A stretch of 64,000 nucleotides of DNA from a virus: the IMG/VR virus record IMGVR_UViG_3300025849_000009; one strand, given 5' to 3'. The position numbers and the translations under genes are program-made. The notes under the pieces were generated by a model that had not been told where the DNA came from, searched no databases, and saw only the letters and a program-made list of their open reading frames with translations. Below, one piece after another: positions 9,007 through 19,187 of this stretch; the stretch's first letter is position 1; the number at the start of each line of letters is the position of its first letter.

Positions 9007-10107
9007 TTATTCTTTGAATGGTAGATCTGTCGACGAGACATCAAAATTATCACCAAAAAGAGGTTTATCTTTTTCTAGAACATCATTTGAAAACTCTTGA
9101 GAATTACCAATTTTAAACATTCTATTTGAGTTCTTTCTTCTTTTAGAAGTTCTTACTAAATGTGAATTCTTAGTTATTAATTTACCCATATCAGAATCGT
9201 CTACTATAAAATCATCTCCCTTTGGAGATTCCTTTTGTATCCATGATTGTGTTTCTGGATCCCACACCCATATTGAACCTGAAGTATCTGTATACTGTAC
9301 AGTTTGCGGCATATCACCCGCATAATCACTATATAGTATTGCAGGCTCTAGTGCTACGTCATTTGGATCTCCATAATTACCAATAATACCTAGAGGATAA
9401 ACCGATCTTGTAAATTTAGTGTAAATATCATCTTCAAAATCAAATGAAGGTATAAATGTGTTAATCTCTAAACTAAATGTAATTTTATGATTTTCTTTAT
9501 CATCAAATCCATATTCAATTGGACGTTCTTGTGCGTAATCATCTGGCATCATATACTCAGATGAAATCCTATACATACCATCTTCGAGATGTCCTGCATC
9601 AACATGGAAAAAGTTTGCCTTATACATGTTTTTAATAATAGACTCTGTGACCTTAAACATATCTAATTGGCTAGAAACTAATATTTCTATATCTACACCA
9701 ATTACACATGGAATAATTTCAAATTCAGCTACATAACCTTCCATTAAACCCTGATTATTCATCATGGTATAATTACCTAAATTTCTTTTATTTACTAATT
9801 TACCTGGATCAACAGAGAATGACGTTAGATTTACTATACCTCTTGGCACCTTATCATAATTACCATTTGCATATTGACCATCTGGATCACAGCCTTCTCC
9901 ATTTACATTTGAAAATAAGAAATTATCTTTAACGAAGTTTTCATCACCTGATACTGCATAAAAAAATGGCACATCAATTATAGCTCTTTCTTCATTAGAG
10001 ATTTGTCTCCAAAAACTAAGCTTACTATTAAGATCAGCTAATAGACCAATTATGATGTGTCTAATAACTGAATCGTCTTTGTTATACTTAAGATTGTATG
10101 TTGCCAT
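9007..10107 (-). CDS. gp15: Tail sheath terminator/stabilizer (T4 gp15-like)
   Basis: IRHIIIGLL..IDVPFFY..VPRGIVNLTSFSVD pattern. Confidence 0.65.
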   Translation of the reverse strand: MATYNLKYNKDDSVIRHIIIGLLADLNSKLSFWRQISNEERAIIDVPFFYAVSGDENFVKDNFLFSNVNGEGCDPDGQYANGNYDKVPRGIVNLTSFSVDPGKLVNKRNLGNYTMMNNQGLMEGYVAEFEIIPCVIGVDIEILVSSQLDMFKVTESIIKNMYKANFFHVDAGHLEDGMYRISSEYMMPDDYAQERPIEYGFDDKENHKITFSLEINTFIPSFDFEDDIYTKFTRSVYPLGIIGNYGDPNDVALEPAILYSDYAGDMPQTVQYTDTSGSIWVWDPETQSWIQKESPKGDDFIVDDSDMGKLITKNSHLVRTSKRRKNSNRMFKIGNSQEFSNDVLEKDKPLFGDNFDVSSTDLPFKE

Positions 10108-10125
10108 CTATTTCTTTATTTTATT

Positions 10126-10133
10126 TATATATC
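10126..10133 (-). promoter_or_regulatory. Putative late promoter GATATATA
   Basis: Upstream of the gp15-like gene. Confidence 0.65.
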
Positions 10134-11804
10134 TTACTCTATAGTATCTATGGTGAACTTAGAGAACCCGTTCTCTCTATAGATCTGTAGCTTCTTGTCG
10201 AATATTTCATGTGGAAGCACAGAGTGATTGATAACAAATGTATTTATCTTATTTTCTTTGATCACTTGATTTAATATCTTTAATATATTGTAAACACCAT
10301 CATGATCAACTGAAGATAATAACTCATCTAAGAATAATAAGTTTAATTGTGGAAATCTTAATTTTAATATTTTAATAATAGCGATGATAATAATAAAATC
10401 TGCCTTCTTACGCTCACCTGTCGAAAGTGTCATTGGATTGATATCTTCACCTAAATGATTAATAATACAATTAAACTTCTCATCGAATCTAATGTGGAAT
10501 TGTAAGTGCATTGTTTGAGCCATTGCTGCAATATTAGTATTAAGTCCCGGTAGAATAGTTTTAACAGCTAAATTCTTTACTCCATCTTCACCTAAAACCT
10601 GTTCTACAATTTCCATGAAATTATAATCTCCATTTAAGTTATCTTTGCTTTTAGATTTTTCAGCTTCTTTTTCTTCGAACTCTGTAATTAAATTTCTTAA
10701 GTGATCAAAATCCCCACCCGCTGGTGTATTCTTTAATTTAAGTAATTCACCTTTAAGGCCACGCATCGTAACTTTATGATCTGATATTTGGCCTTCTAAA
10801 TCTAGTTTAGATTCTCTGGCGCCAGTGACTTTTTCCGCTAATAAATCCATCTCTCCTTTAAGAGATTTAATACTGTCCATGTTGGTTTTAATATTATCTT
10901 CAAATTCACATATTTGGTTTGTGTGCCAATCAGAAGTTAATTTAGTTTCACATGTTGGACAGTGACCGCTTTCATAAAGCTTTAATTTTTTATTTAGATA
11001 ATCTATTTCTCTTTTAATATCTTTAGCTTCTGAGTGCTTGTCATTATATTGTGTATTAAATTTGGACATCTCGCTCTCGTGACTAGTTCTATCTTTGTCT
11101 AAAGCATCTACATTAGACTTAAGAGAAACTAAACTTTCTTTTAATTCTTCTATTTTAGATTTATTTGCAGTAGTTGATTCTTCTAATAAAGTATTAAGTT
11201 TACCTCTAACAGAACCTATTGAATTCATGATTTCATTGAGTTCACTTTCATATGAATCAATATCCATCTTAACCTGTCTCCTTTCATCCTTTATTTGGCG
11301 CTGCATATCATTAAGAATAGAAAAGCCAAACATCTTGTCAATGATTTGTTTTTTATCTTGATTAGACATTGTTAAAAATGATTTAAAATCATTTACAGAT
11401 AATATAATTATGTTTTTAAATACATGGTATGGTATTCCAAAGATTTCTTCTTCTAAATAATCTTGTACAGATTTTTTACCTGCTTTATCGAACTCAACTC
11501 CATTTAGTTTTACACTAAACTTATTAGGTAATAAACCTCTTTCTATTTCTACATCGATTGGTCCACATGTTAAACCTATTTTAACGTGCAGTTCTTTATT
11601 AATTCTATTTGGCAAATCTGAAAGTTTTACACCTTCAACTCTACCATAAAGAGCATATATAATTGCATTTGCGATGGTTGTTTTACCATCACCATTTTTA
11701 CCAAGCGTTAGGAATAACTTTGATTGTTCTGGATCAAATTCAATTCTTTGTAATTGATTACCATAAGAAGCAAAGTTTTTAAATTCTATAAAATCTATTC
11801 TCAT
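10134..11804 (-). CDS. gp46: Recombination ATPase subunit (gp46/Rad50/SbcC-like)
   Basis: GKNGDGKTT Walker A, CPTC zinc hook, LSTGE signature, LFLDE Walker B. Confidence 0.93.
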   Translation of the reverse strand: MRIDFIEFKNFASYGNQLQRIEFDPEQSKLFLTLGKNGDGKTTIANAIIYALYGRVEGVKLSDLPNRINKELHVKIGLTCGPIDVEIERGLLPNKFSVKLNGVEFDKAGKKSVQDYLEEEIFGIPYHVFKNIIILSVNDFKSFLTMSNQDKKQIIDKMFGFSILNDMQRQIKDERRQVKMDIDSYESELNEIMNSIGSVRGKLNTLLEESTTANKSKIEELKESLVSLKSNVDALDKDRTSHESEMSKFNTQYNDKHSEAKDIKREIDYLNKKLKLYESGHCPTCETKLTSDWHTNQICEFEDNIKTNMDSIKSLKGEMDLLAEKVTGARESKLDLEGQISDHKVTMRGLKGELLKLKNTPAGGDFDHLRNLITEFEEKEAEKSKSKDNLNGDYNFMEIVEQVLGEDGVKNLAVKTILPGLNTNIAAMAQTMHLQFHIRFDEKFNCIINHLGEDINPMTLSTGERKKADFIIIIAIIKILKLRFPQLNLLFLDELLSSVDHDGVYNILKILNQVIKENKINTFVINHSVLPHEIFDKKLQIYRENGFSKFTIDTIE

Positions 11805-12916
11805 ATTTCTCCACCGTTATTATACGCACATTGAGTGTACAATATTTTTAGTTTTTCTTTTAACTTTCCCTTGGTTTCATCATCATCATTTAAACCATCA
11901 ACATACATATTACATAAATTTAATATATTGTAATTCTTATACATTTCTTCTACGTCTTCCATGTCGTAAAAATCTTTATCAATGTAGTTTTCTTCTTGAT
12001 AAATATTTGGTTCTAATTTTCTACTAATGTTTTGTATTTTGTTGATTAATTGACTTAACGCGTTTGTTGTAGCTATGTTAGAAGGTACAAATAGATCTAC
12101 AAAATTATTTCTTATTTGATTTTTAAATTGACCTAATGGAATATCATATAGTTGTATAATATTGTATTTCATAAATTTGGGTGAAACCTCATTTGGGAAA
12201 AATGTTTCTGACATATCTTTTAGATCTACTAAATCAAATCCCTTTGTATTATTAGCGTCTGATCTTGTTAATTGATATGGAGTTCCAACCATTAATAATT
12301 TACCACGCTCTTGTCTAAAGTGAATATGTCCACTATATACTCTTGTATACTTGTCATAAACATTAGAATCAGTTCCGTGTTCATTCTTAACTTTAGCGTT
12401 AAGGTAAATACCTTTAACTTCAGAATGACAATACACAATATCTGCTGTGGGATATTCTGCTAGTGTTTCTGTTTCATGTTCTGAATCTCTCCTCCATGGC
12501 ATCATTAATATTTTCTTGCCAGACCAATTCAATAACTCAGGTTCTTTATAAATCTGAACATTTGGAATCCATTTTAAACTATCAATAGAAGTAACTTCAT
12601 TTGAATTCTTGGCCCATATATCATGATTACCACATATGATATGAACTGGCAAAATCTCACCAAGTCTTTCAAAAAGGTTTACAGCGTAGTTTAATACCCT
12701 GATATTAATACTTTGTCTATTATCAAAAGTGTCACCAACTTGCACTAAAACATCACCTGGTTGTACATGCTTCTTTAGTATTGGAATAAATACTTCTTCG
12801 AAGAATTGTTTTTGTATGTCTAGCCATTCTATAGAATTAGCTCTAACACCAAAATGTAAATCTCCCAGCACCCATACACGATTGGCACCTTTTTTTAAGA
12901 TACTTGGTTCAATCAT
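11801..12916 (-). CDS. gp47: Recombination nuclease subunit (gp47/Mre11/SbcD-like)
   Basis: GDLHFG, GDTFDNR, GNHD, SGHIH metallophosphoesterase motifs. Confidence 0.93.
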   Translation of the reverse strand: MIEPSILKKGANRVWVLGDLHFGVRANSIEWLDIQKQFFEEVFIPILKKHVQPGDVLVQVGDTFDNRQSINIRVLNYAVNLFERLGEILPVHIICGNHDIWAKNSNEVTSIDSLKWIPNVQIYKEPELLNWSGKKILMMPWRRDSEHETETLAEYPTADIVYCHSEVKGIYLNAKVKNEHGTDSNVYDKYTRVYSGHIHFRQERGKLLMVGTPYQLTRSDANNTKGFDLVDLKDMSETFFPNEVSPKFMKYNIIQLYDIPLGQFKNQIRNNFVDLFVPSNIATTNALSQLINKIQNISRKLEPNIYQEENYIDKDFYDMEDVEEMYKNYNILNLCNMYVDGLNDDDETKGKLKEKLKILYTQCAYNNGGEI

Positions 12917-12917
12917 T

Positions 12918-13355
12918 TTAAAAAAGTTTCATTATATTCTTTTGCTTCAATATACCTGTGCGTAAATCTAATTCTTGAATTAAATCTTCTTTGTATACAT
13001 TAGAAAGAGAACTGTAAAATTTTGTAGGATTAATATCGAAATATACACATAATTCACTAAAGATATCTATGCGGCTATTTTTAGCTGCCATTTCATCTAT
13101 GATGTATCCGTATATACTATTAATGTCTGCCTTTTTAAGAGTTGTACATTTACCCAACTCATCTACTTTATTAAAAACTTTAAATCTAGAAAGTTCAATT
13201 AATCTGTGTATTTCTCTGGCTATTAATTCAAAATGAATTTTATCTTCTTCGTCTTTATTATCTTTTACGTTAGGATCTAATTCAAAATTAATATTACCGA
13301 ACTCTGTATCAGGTGATTCAAAATTATTATTAAAAATTTTATCGTTTTTTGCCAT
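12918..13355 (-). CDS. Hypothetical protein; possible gp33-like late transcription co-activator
   Basis: C-terminal helical pattern loosely resembles T4 gp33. Confidence 0.35.
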   Translation of the reverse strand: MAKNDKIFNNNFESPDTEFGNINFELDPNVKDNKDEEDKIHFELIAREIHRLIELSRFKVFNKVDELGKCTTLKKADINSIYGYIIDEMAAKNSRIDIFSELCVYFDINPTKFYSSLSNVYKEDLIQELDLRTGILKQKNIMKLF

Positions 13356-13357
13356 AA

Positions 13358-14674
13358 TTATATGCTATGTAAGTTTGAGTTAGTGGTTTCTTCTGTTTCG
13401 ATTAACCTCATGTAATTCCAATTAATGTTTAATTTACATTTGGTTCCTTTACCTTCACCATCTCTAATTTTTAGAACTTTTAACCAATATTCTGAATTAG
13501 CTCTCATTAGATCATCTTGAATAATACCTAACATAACATCGGCTGTGTGTGAAAGACCTGCAGATTCTGCAATGTCTGTCATACCAATGTCAGATGAATT
13601 ATATCCGTTTCTGGTAATTTGTGTTGCTGTTACAATTAACCAATTATTACGAATACCCATCGCTCTAAGATCTTCAGCAATTTGCTTGATCTTCATATAA
13701 GTGTTTTCTGTATTTTGATTTCTGTAATTAGCAAGAATGTTAATATAGTCAATAACGACTGCACCGACCTTTATTTGTTTTTCTTCTTCTATTTGATTAA
13801 CATAAGCTTCAATATCTAATACTGTTGCTTGTGATGTTGGAAATTGTTTAACGAATAGTGAACCGGGTGGAGTAAAGCCATCGCCTACAGTTTCTAATCT
13901 GCGCTTAACGTGTTCTTTGTTTTTAGCCTTATCTGCGTAGTCATTAATATCTATTGTTAATAGATTTGAGCCTATACGTTTTACAAATTTATGTGCTGCC
14001 ATTTCTGCAGTAACTACTACAGTGTTAGTTCCCATTTTAACAAAATTAGCTGCATCATTTGCTAAATATATTGATTTACCAATATTTTGTTCACCCGCAT
14101 ATACAATTAAATTACCTCCTTTGTCATAACCACCACCTAACATTCTATCTAAAAAGTTATAGCCAGTAGATACTTTCTCTGTATCTTTTTGATCATGTGA
14201 ATCTACTTCAAAGAAATCAAGACCCAAATCAGAATTAAATGATAAGTTATTTCTATCATTAATAAGACCTTTTACTTTAGTAACTATGCTATCTACATTC
14301 TCAGGTGTCACCTGAGTAGTTTTTATAAATTCGATAGTATCTATTAGAGAAGTGTCAAAAGTTCTCCATTTAATCCATGATTCAGCGGTCGTTGTTACCC
14401 ACTCTTCATCATATTGATCTAAATCAACATCAAATACTAGATTTAAAATATCTTCTGTGATTTTTTCTTTTGCCTTTTCACTTCTTTGAACTAACATAAC
14501 TAATTGATCCTTAGTTGGAGTTTCATTAAATCTTTCAAAGAATTTATTGGATAACTGACTTAGAATATCAATTTCTTGTGACGTGTAAAATCCTGTTTTG
14601 ATGCTTTTTAGATACTTAGTTTTAACTAAAGATAATCTAAAGAATATTTTTTCAAAGTCTTGTCCGAATTGCAT
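13358..14674 (-). CDS. gp41: Replicative DnaB-like helicase (T4 gp41-like)
   Basis: GEQNIGKS, VIDYIN, TATQITR, AESAG. Confidence 0.93.
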   Translation of the reverse strand: MQFGQDFEKIFFRLSLVKTKYLKSIKTGFYTSQEIDILSQLSNKFFERFNETPTKDQLVMLVQRSEKAKEKITEDILNLVFDVDLDQYDEEWVTTTAESWIKWRTFDTSLIDTIEFIKTTQVTPENVDSIVTKVKGLINDRNNLSFNSDLGLDFFEVDSHDQKDTEKVSTGYNFLDRMLGGGYDKGGNLIVYAGEQNIGKSIYLANDAANFVKMGTNTVVVTAEMAAHKFVKRIGSNLLTIDINDYADKAKNKEHVKRRLETVGDGFTPPGSLFVKQFPTSQATVLDIEAYVNQIEEEKQIKVGAVVIDYINILANYRNQNTENTYMKIKQIAEDLRAMGIRNNWLIVTATQITRNGYNSSDIGMTDIAESAGLSHTADVMLGIIQDDLMRANSEYWLKVLKIRDGEGKGTKCKLNINWNYMRLIETEETTNSNLHSI

Positions 14675-14689
14675 ATATTGTTTATTACT

Positions 14690-15265
14690 TTATCCTTCTA
14701 TGGACATATTGTTATTTTGTTTCCCTAATGGTAATGTTAACCATAAATTAATAGCGATAGCCTTTCTAGTACCTTTAGTTACTGGCCTAACTGAATGTAC
14801 ATATTTACCTGCATCAAAAATTACTAATCTATTTGGTTTAGCGTACACTACCTCTGGTTCTTTATCTTCACCTTCACTGTAAATTTCTAACATGCCACCC
14901 TCAAACTCTGATTGTTCTGGATAGTATACAGTTCCCATTGAAGGTGTTGCTATTTCTCCTGTTAATTCAAAAAGTTCTTCGTCTTTATCGAAATGACCTC
15001 CTAAATTATTTTCAAATCCCATATTTGGATCTGCTGTTTGAATACCTGTCCAATATTCAAAACCCCTAATTGTTATAGTTTCACTAAGTGGACAATTATC
15101 TGCCCAAATATGTTCTATTAATCTGTGTTTTAGTGACTTAGCTTCACCATTCCACCATCCGTCCCACCAATAATAAACACCAGGATCTGAAAAGAAATTT
15201 ATATCATTTGATATCTCACTTAACAAATCTTGATCTTTAATAAAATTATCTATTACTACTATCAT
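14690..15265 (-). CDS. 2OG-Fe(II) oxygenase
   Basis: HFD...FEGGML...NRLVIFD...HSV...R facial triad and DSBH pattern. Confidence 0.85.
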   Translation of the reverse strand: MIVVIDNFIKDQDLLSEISNDINFFSDPGVYYWWDGWWNGEAKSLKHRLIEHIWADNCPLSETITIRGFEYWTGIQTADPNMGFENNLGGHFDKDEELFELTGEIATPSMGTVYYPEQSEFEGGMLEIYSEGEDKEPEVVYAKPNRLVIFDAGKYVHSVRPVTKGTRKAIAINLWLTLPLGKQNNNMSIEG

Positions 15266-15561
15266 TCGAATGGATTAGTTTTGATTTTCCAAGATTCTTT
15301 ACCACCTGAGGTATTTAATTCTTCTACCAAATCCAATTCCATTAACTCATTAATAGATTCTAATAAATGATTTTCTTCTGTTTCCGGAAACCTATATGTT
15401 TTTAAAGCATGTAAAGTAAAGTTACCCTTATGTCTGTCGGGCATTCTGACACATAATTTAATTTCTGCTAATAATATATCAAATGCACTTGGATAATTTG
15501 GTAAGTCCTTTTCAATACCTAACACGTATTTTATAGGCAACTTATCCTCATTAATCTGCAT
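15262..15561 (-). CDS. Hypothetical protein (possibly winged-helix)
   Basis: 99-aa ORF overlapping both neighbours. Confidence 0.55.
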   Translation of the reverse strand: MQINEDKLPIKYVLGIEKDLPNYPSAFDILLAEIKLCVRMPDRHKGNFTLHALKTYRFPETEENHLLESINELMELDLVEELNTSGGKESWKIKTNPFE

Positions 15562-16660
15562 CTGTTTCTAGTATTTCTTCTAAATCAATTTCTCTTTCTT
15601 CAGTGTTATAATTGAATACATGTTTGATTCTTGCTTCAATTTTCTCAAGTATTTCTTTTGTAAAGACTTTTTCTGAGAAGAAATCTTTATTAGGCACTGA
15701 TTCATCTAAGTGCTTACAAATCCAATTTCTTGCTGTTTTTTTAGGAATCTTCTCACCCTTTTCAATTACGCCTTTAGTAATACCTATATCTTCCCAATCA
15801 ATATATTGCTCTAGTCCAACATACGCATTCATACCTTCGGTAAAATGTAAATGGAATTTAATATTGTGTGGTTTTGCGAATCTGTTTTTGTTAGGTTTTG
15901 CTGTTACTATAATACCTGCTTTTTCACCACTAGATTCTTTAAGCTGTGCCTTTCCTAGATATAAAACAATAGATGCTGCATATTCTGGCCCAGTTCCACC
16001 ACCAGCTACTTGTCTTGAGATAAAGTCTTGAGTCTGATATGTGTGATTAGTAAAAATAAAAGGTATCTTAAGATCTGCCAACGGTGTCATGATGATTCTA
16101 AAAATAGATTTTAAAACCTTAGATCTTGTCATATCTGCTTTCTCAGATCCTGATCTTGCATCGTCAATTTCTTTTTGTGTTGCTAAGTTACCTGCAGAAT
16201 CAAGAATCATCATGATCTTTGGTGTTTTTCCACCATTACGTTTTACTTCTTGCATTTTGCTAGTAAGTGTAGTAACTGATGTTCTAAATTCTTGAACAGT
16301 GTTAATTGGTTGGTAATTAACTTTTGTTACGTCAATTCCAAACTTTTCCATCTGATCTTTATCAACAGCTGCTTCAGAATCAAAGTATATTACATTATAC
16401 CCCATTTCAATTGCCTTTCTAACAGAATTCAACACTAAGAATGTTTTACCTGTTCCTGATGGTCCTGCTATTGAACATGTTCTACTGTTAGGCCATCCAC
16501 CAAATAGTGAACCACTAACACATGCGTTTAAGTGATAGTTACCAGTGTCAATCCATTCTGTAACTTCACTAAATGTAGAGTCAGCCATAATTGATCCCAT
16601 TGGATTTAATGTCTTTAACTCTGCGTTTATATCGTCAAAACTAAAATCTTTCTTTGCCAT
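15551..16660 (-). CDS. uvsX: RecA-like recombinase UvsX
   Basis: IDTG, AGPSGTGKT, FDSE, LDSAGNL, TNHTY, GGG. Confidence 0.93.
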   Translation of the reverse strand: MAKKDFSFDDINAELKTLNPMGSIMADSTFSEVTEWIDTGNYHLNACVSGSLFGGWPNSRTCSIAGPSGTGKTFLVLNSVRKAIEMGYNVIYFDSEAAVDKDQMEKFGIDVTKVNYQPINTVQEFRTSVTTLTSKMQEVKRNGGKTPKIMMILDSAGNLATQKEIDDARSGSEKADMTRSKVLKSIFRIIMTPLADLKIPFIFTNHTYQTQDFISRQVAGGGTGPEYAASIVLYLGKAQLKESSGEKAGIIVTAKPNKNRFAKPHNIKFHLHFTEGMNAYVGLEQYIDWEDIGITKGVIEKGEKIPKKTARNWICKHLDESVPNKDFFSEKVFTKEILEKIEARIKHVFNYNTEEREIDLEEILETDAD

Positions 16661-16680
16661 GTTTATTGTTGTATTTTTAT

Positions 16681-16708
16681 ATTATACCACAAACTAATCG
16701 TTTGTTTC
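16681..16708 (-). promoter_or_regulatory. Putative early/middle promoter GAAAC-N17-TATAAT
   Basis: Upstream of uvsX. Confidence 0.7.
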
Positions 16709-16891
16709 TTCTGTATTGTTTTCTGGAAACATCAACTGCTCTTCTCTTCTAAGTCTATTTAGTTCAGTAAGAGCTTCAGCAGCTTCATCCTTAAGTTTAT
16801 CAATTTTTAATTGAATGCCATTTATTCTATTAAGAATCGCATTATATGCGTCAACATGTTCTTGTTGTTTTGGAGTTAACTTAATGTTCAT
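16694..16891 (-). CDS. Small coiled-coil hypothetical protein
   Basis: 65 aa, in operon orientation. Confidence 0.55.
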   Translation of the reverse strand: MNIKLTPKQQEHVDAYNAILNRINGIQLKIDKLKDEAAEALTELNRLRREEQLMFPENNTEETND

Positions 16892-16894
16892 GTA

Positions 16895-17053
16895 TTAATT
16901 ATTTGGAAATTGTATTTCTAATTGATTTGGATCTTTTTGATTTGATTCTTCAATTTTCCAATCTAAATGCCTAACTGCACTTCCTAATTCCATATCATTA
17001 GGATATTGCTTTATTAAGCTTTTAATTGTTTCGTAAAATGTTGGTGTATTCAT
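16895..17053 (-). CDS. Small hypothetical protein
   Basis: Likely starts at MNTPTF rather than the track start inside the polymerase gene. Confidence 0.5.
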   Translation of the reverse strand: MNTPTFYETIKSLIKQYPNDMELGSAVRHLDWKIEESNQKDPNQLEIQFPNN

Positions 17054-17063
17054 AATAATGTTT

Positions 17064-18272
17064 TTAAAATAATGCCGAAGCATATATTAGATTAGTATCT
17101 AGTGTTTGTAAACCTATTGCGGTGAGTACTCTATTTAGAGGGTCAATCATCGCCTTTTCAAATTGAGTATCATAATCTACTTTGGGTGCTATTTCATAAG
17201 GGTGTTCGTTTGGCATAAAAGCATATACTTCACTAATTTGTCCTATACAATTGTATATTTTAAGTTTTTCACCATTAGCAATAAGTTTATATTTGTTTTT
17301 ATATTTTTTATTGTTATTTAAAATATAATTGTAATATCCTGCGGCTTTTACATTAGCTGGACATTTTAAACCTATTTGTAATTCTTCTTGATCATCGATG
17401 ATATATTTGTCAATATTATTAGTTCTTTTATTAAACGCAATATCATCAATGTCTGCTAATTTAAATTCCTTTTTACACTGCTTCATAAACTCAACCAATT
17501 GTTGTAATTCTTTTGCTGATGGTTGAATCTCTGATGAAAATAAAATTCTAAGTGCTTCTACTAATTTCTCTCTAGCAAACTTAGGGGTTGAAGATTGAAT
17601 TGTATCAAATCCAATAGTTTTTACTTTTTTCAATGAAGGGTGGCGTTCAGTTACTTCTAATTTATCATCCCATGCTAGATTTTGAATGTATTTCTTTTTA
17701 GACATCCAAATACCATTATACGCCAATGATTCTAGTTCAAAGAATAAGAAATTATCTGTGTTTCTTTTCTCTGCATATTTTTCCATGGTTTTAGATATGT
17801 AATCTTTTAATCTAAATGCATAAAACGCTAAAATAAATTCATCAATTGGTAATTTTTTATCTTCTTCTGACCAGATTATAGATTCATATAAATCTTGAAA
17901 CTGCACATAACATGAATCGGTATCAATATAAATTACTGCAGGTTTTTCAATTTTACCTTTTACTTTGATGTTGAATTTCTCATGAACTGCAGTATCTTTG
18001 TGCCAAAAATCATTAACATATTTGTTAAGAATTGTTTCGGAATAAAGAATTGCATTCTTACCTTGTTTGGTAATTGATTCAGCAATGTCAAGATTAAAAA
18101 AGTGAAACCATTTATTACCGAATGCTCCATAAATAGAGTTAAGAGTTAACTTAACGGCTTGCTCATATGCCGTAAATTTGGCAGACAGCTGCTTGTAGTG
18201 GTCTACAAGCAGCTTTGCCTCATCATCTGTAAGTTCTTCAATTGATTTTTGTTCTAACTCTTCTATTGTCAT
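17064..18272 (-). CDS. gp43: Family B DNA polymerase, C-terminal subunit (second finger helix, palm, thumb)
   Basis: KLTLNSIYG (motif B), YIDTDS (motif C), KKKY. Confidence 0.92.
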   Translation of the reverse strand: MTIEELEQKSIEELTDDEAKLLVDHYKQLSAKFTAYEQAVKLTLNSIYGAFGNKWFHFFNLDIAESITKQGKNAILYSETILNKYVNDFWHKDTAVHEKFNIKVKGKIEKPAVIYIDTDSCYVQFQDLYESIIWSEEDKKLPIDEFILAFYAFRLKDYISKTMEKYAEKRNTDNFLFFELESLAYNGIWMSKKKYIQNLAWDDKLEVTERHPSLKKVKTIGFDTIQSSTPKFAREKLVEALRILFSSEIQPSAKELQQLVEFMKQCKKEFKLADIDDIAFNKRTNNIDKYIIDDQEELQIGLKCPANVKAAGYYNYILNNNKKYKNKYKLIANGEKLKIYNCIGQISEVYAFMPNEHPYEIAPKVDYDTQFEKAMIDPLNRVLTAIGLQTLDTNLIYASALF

Positions 18273-18275
18273 TTA

Positions 18276-19019
18276 TTATGCAGTTTGGCAAGTTGAGATT
18301 GTCAATAAAGTTTCTGAATCGTTTGATTCAAATACTACCTTTGAGTCTGACACATATACAGTTTGCTCTTCTTTGTCTAATAAATTTAAATACTTTTTGT
18401 AAACAGTAACCTTACCATTTCCGCTTGTATCAGGTGTAAGAACTACGTTAAATGATTTTCCATTTACATTGATTCCCTGTACATCTGAATTGATACCGAA
18501 TGTTTCATCTTTATCAAGTGAGAATAGGTTTTTAACTTTACCAATAGAATGTGTATCAAGTGTAAAATCAAATTTAGAATCTGATCTTGCAAAGATTGCA
18601 TCACGTTGATCTTGTGAAAGATCTTTAAATCCTAATGAAGGCTCTGAACAAGCAAGTGTAATTTCTAATTCGTCATTGAATATACGCAATGTAGATGCAA
18701 CGAATTCTTCATCGTTTTCAATAAATTCTAATTCTCCTTTAATTGCATCATGATCAAAATGCTTAATTGCTTCAATAACTTTGTTACCTTCAAAGAATGC
18801 AATTTTCATTTCTTTATCAGTGTCTGGCCATTCGCTTACCTGAAATATTTTATCCGCTTGAATAGAATGATGTTTTACAGCATCTCTTTGTGGAAGATAA
18901 ACAGTTGAGTGGATTTGTCCCTCTTTGATTTTCATATAAATAAAAGAGTCAATAAGTTTAACACGATTGATAAACTCTGTTAGTGCATGTTGGTCAATGC
19001 GATCAATTTTTAATTTCAT
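18276..19019 (-). CDS. Probable sliding clamp (gp45/PCNA-like)
   Basis: 247 aa, two-domain alpha/beta pattern, directly upstream of the polymerase gene. Confidence 0.55.
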   Translation of the reverse strand: MKLKIDRIDQHALTEFINRVKLIDSFIYMKIKEGQIHSTVYLPQRDAVKHHSIQADKIFQVSEWPDTDKEMKIAFFEGNKVIEAIKHFDHDAIKGELEFIENDEEFVASTLRIFNDELEITLACSEPSLGFKDLSQDQRDAIFARSDSKFDFTLDTHSIGKVKNLFSLDKDETFGINSDVQGINVNGKSFNVVLTPDTSGNGKVTVYKKYLNLLDKEEQTVYVSDSKVVFESNDSETLLTISTCQTA

Positions 19020-19051
19020 AATTTGTTATTTTTAGATAATGATATTTGAAT

Positions 19052-19080
19052 GTTATACCGTGTTATTTGAAATAGTTTCA
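19052..19080 (-). promoter_or_regulatory. Putative early/middle promoter TGAAAC-N17-TATAAC
   Basis: Upstream of clamp and polymerase C-subunit. Confidence 0.7.
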
Positions 19081-19093
19081 ATAATTAGTGAAC

Positions 19094-19131
19094 AAAAAAA
19101 GGGCAGAGATAGTAGCGAAACTTCTCTGCCC
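19094..19131 (-). terminator. Intrinsic terminator after nrdA
   Basis: GGGCAGAGA...TCTCTGCCC stem followed by T7. Confidence 0.85.
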
Positions 19132-19134
19132 AAG

Positions 19135-19184
19135 CCGTTACGAATAACGGTCCTAAAATGTGGTCTTATTTCATACCACCGGAA
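19135..19184 (-). ncRNA. Candidate structured RNA (two hairpins) in the nrdA 3' region
   Basis: GTGGT..ACCAC stem and CCGTTA-TTCG-TAACGG UUCG hairpin ahead of the terminator. Confidence 0.35.
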
Positions 19185-19187
19185 ATT

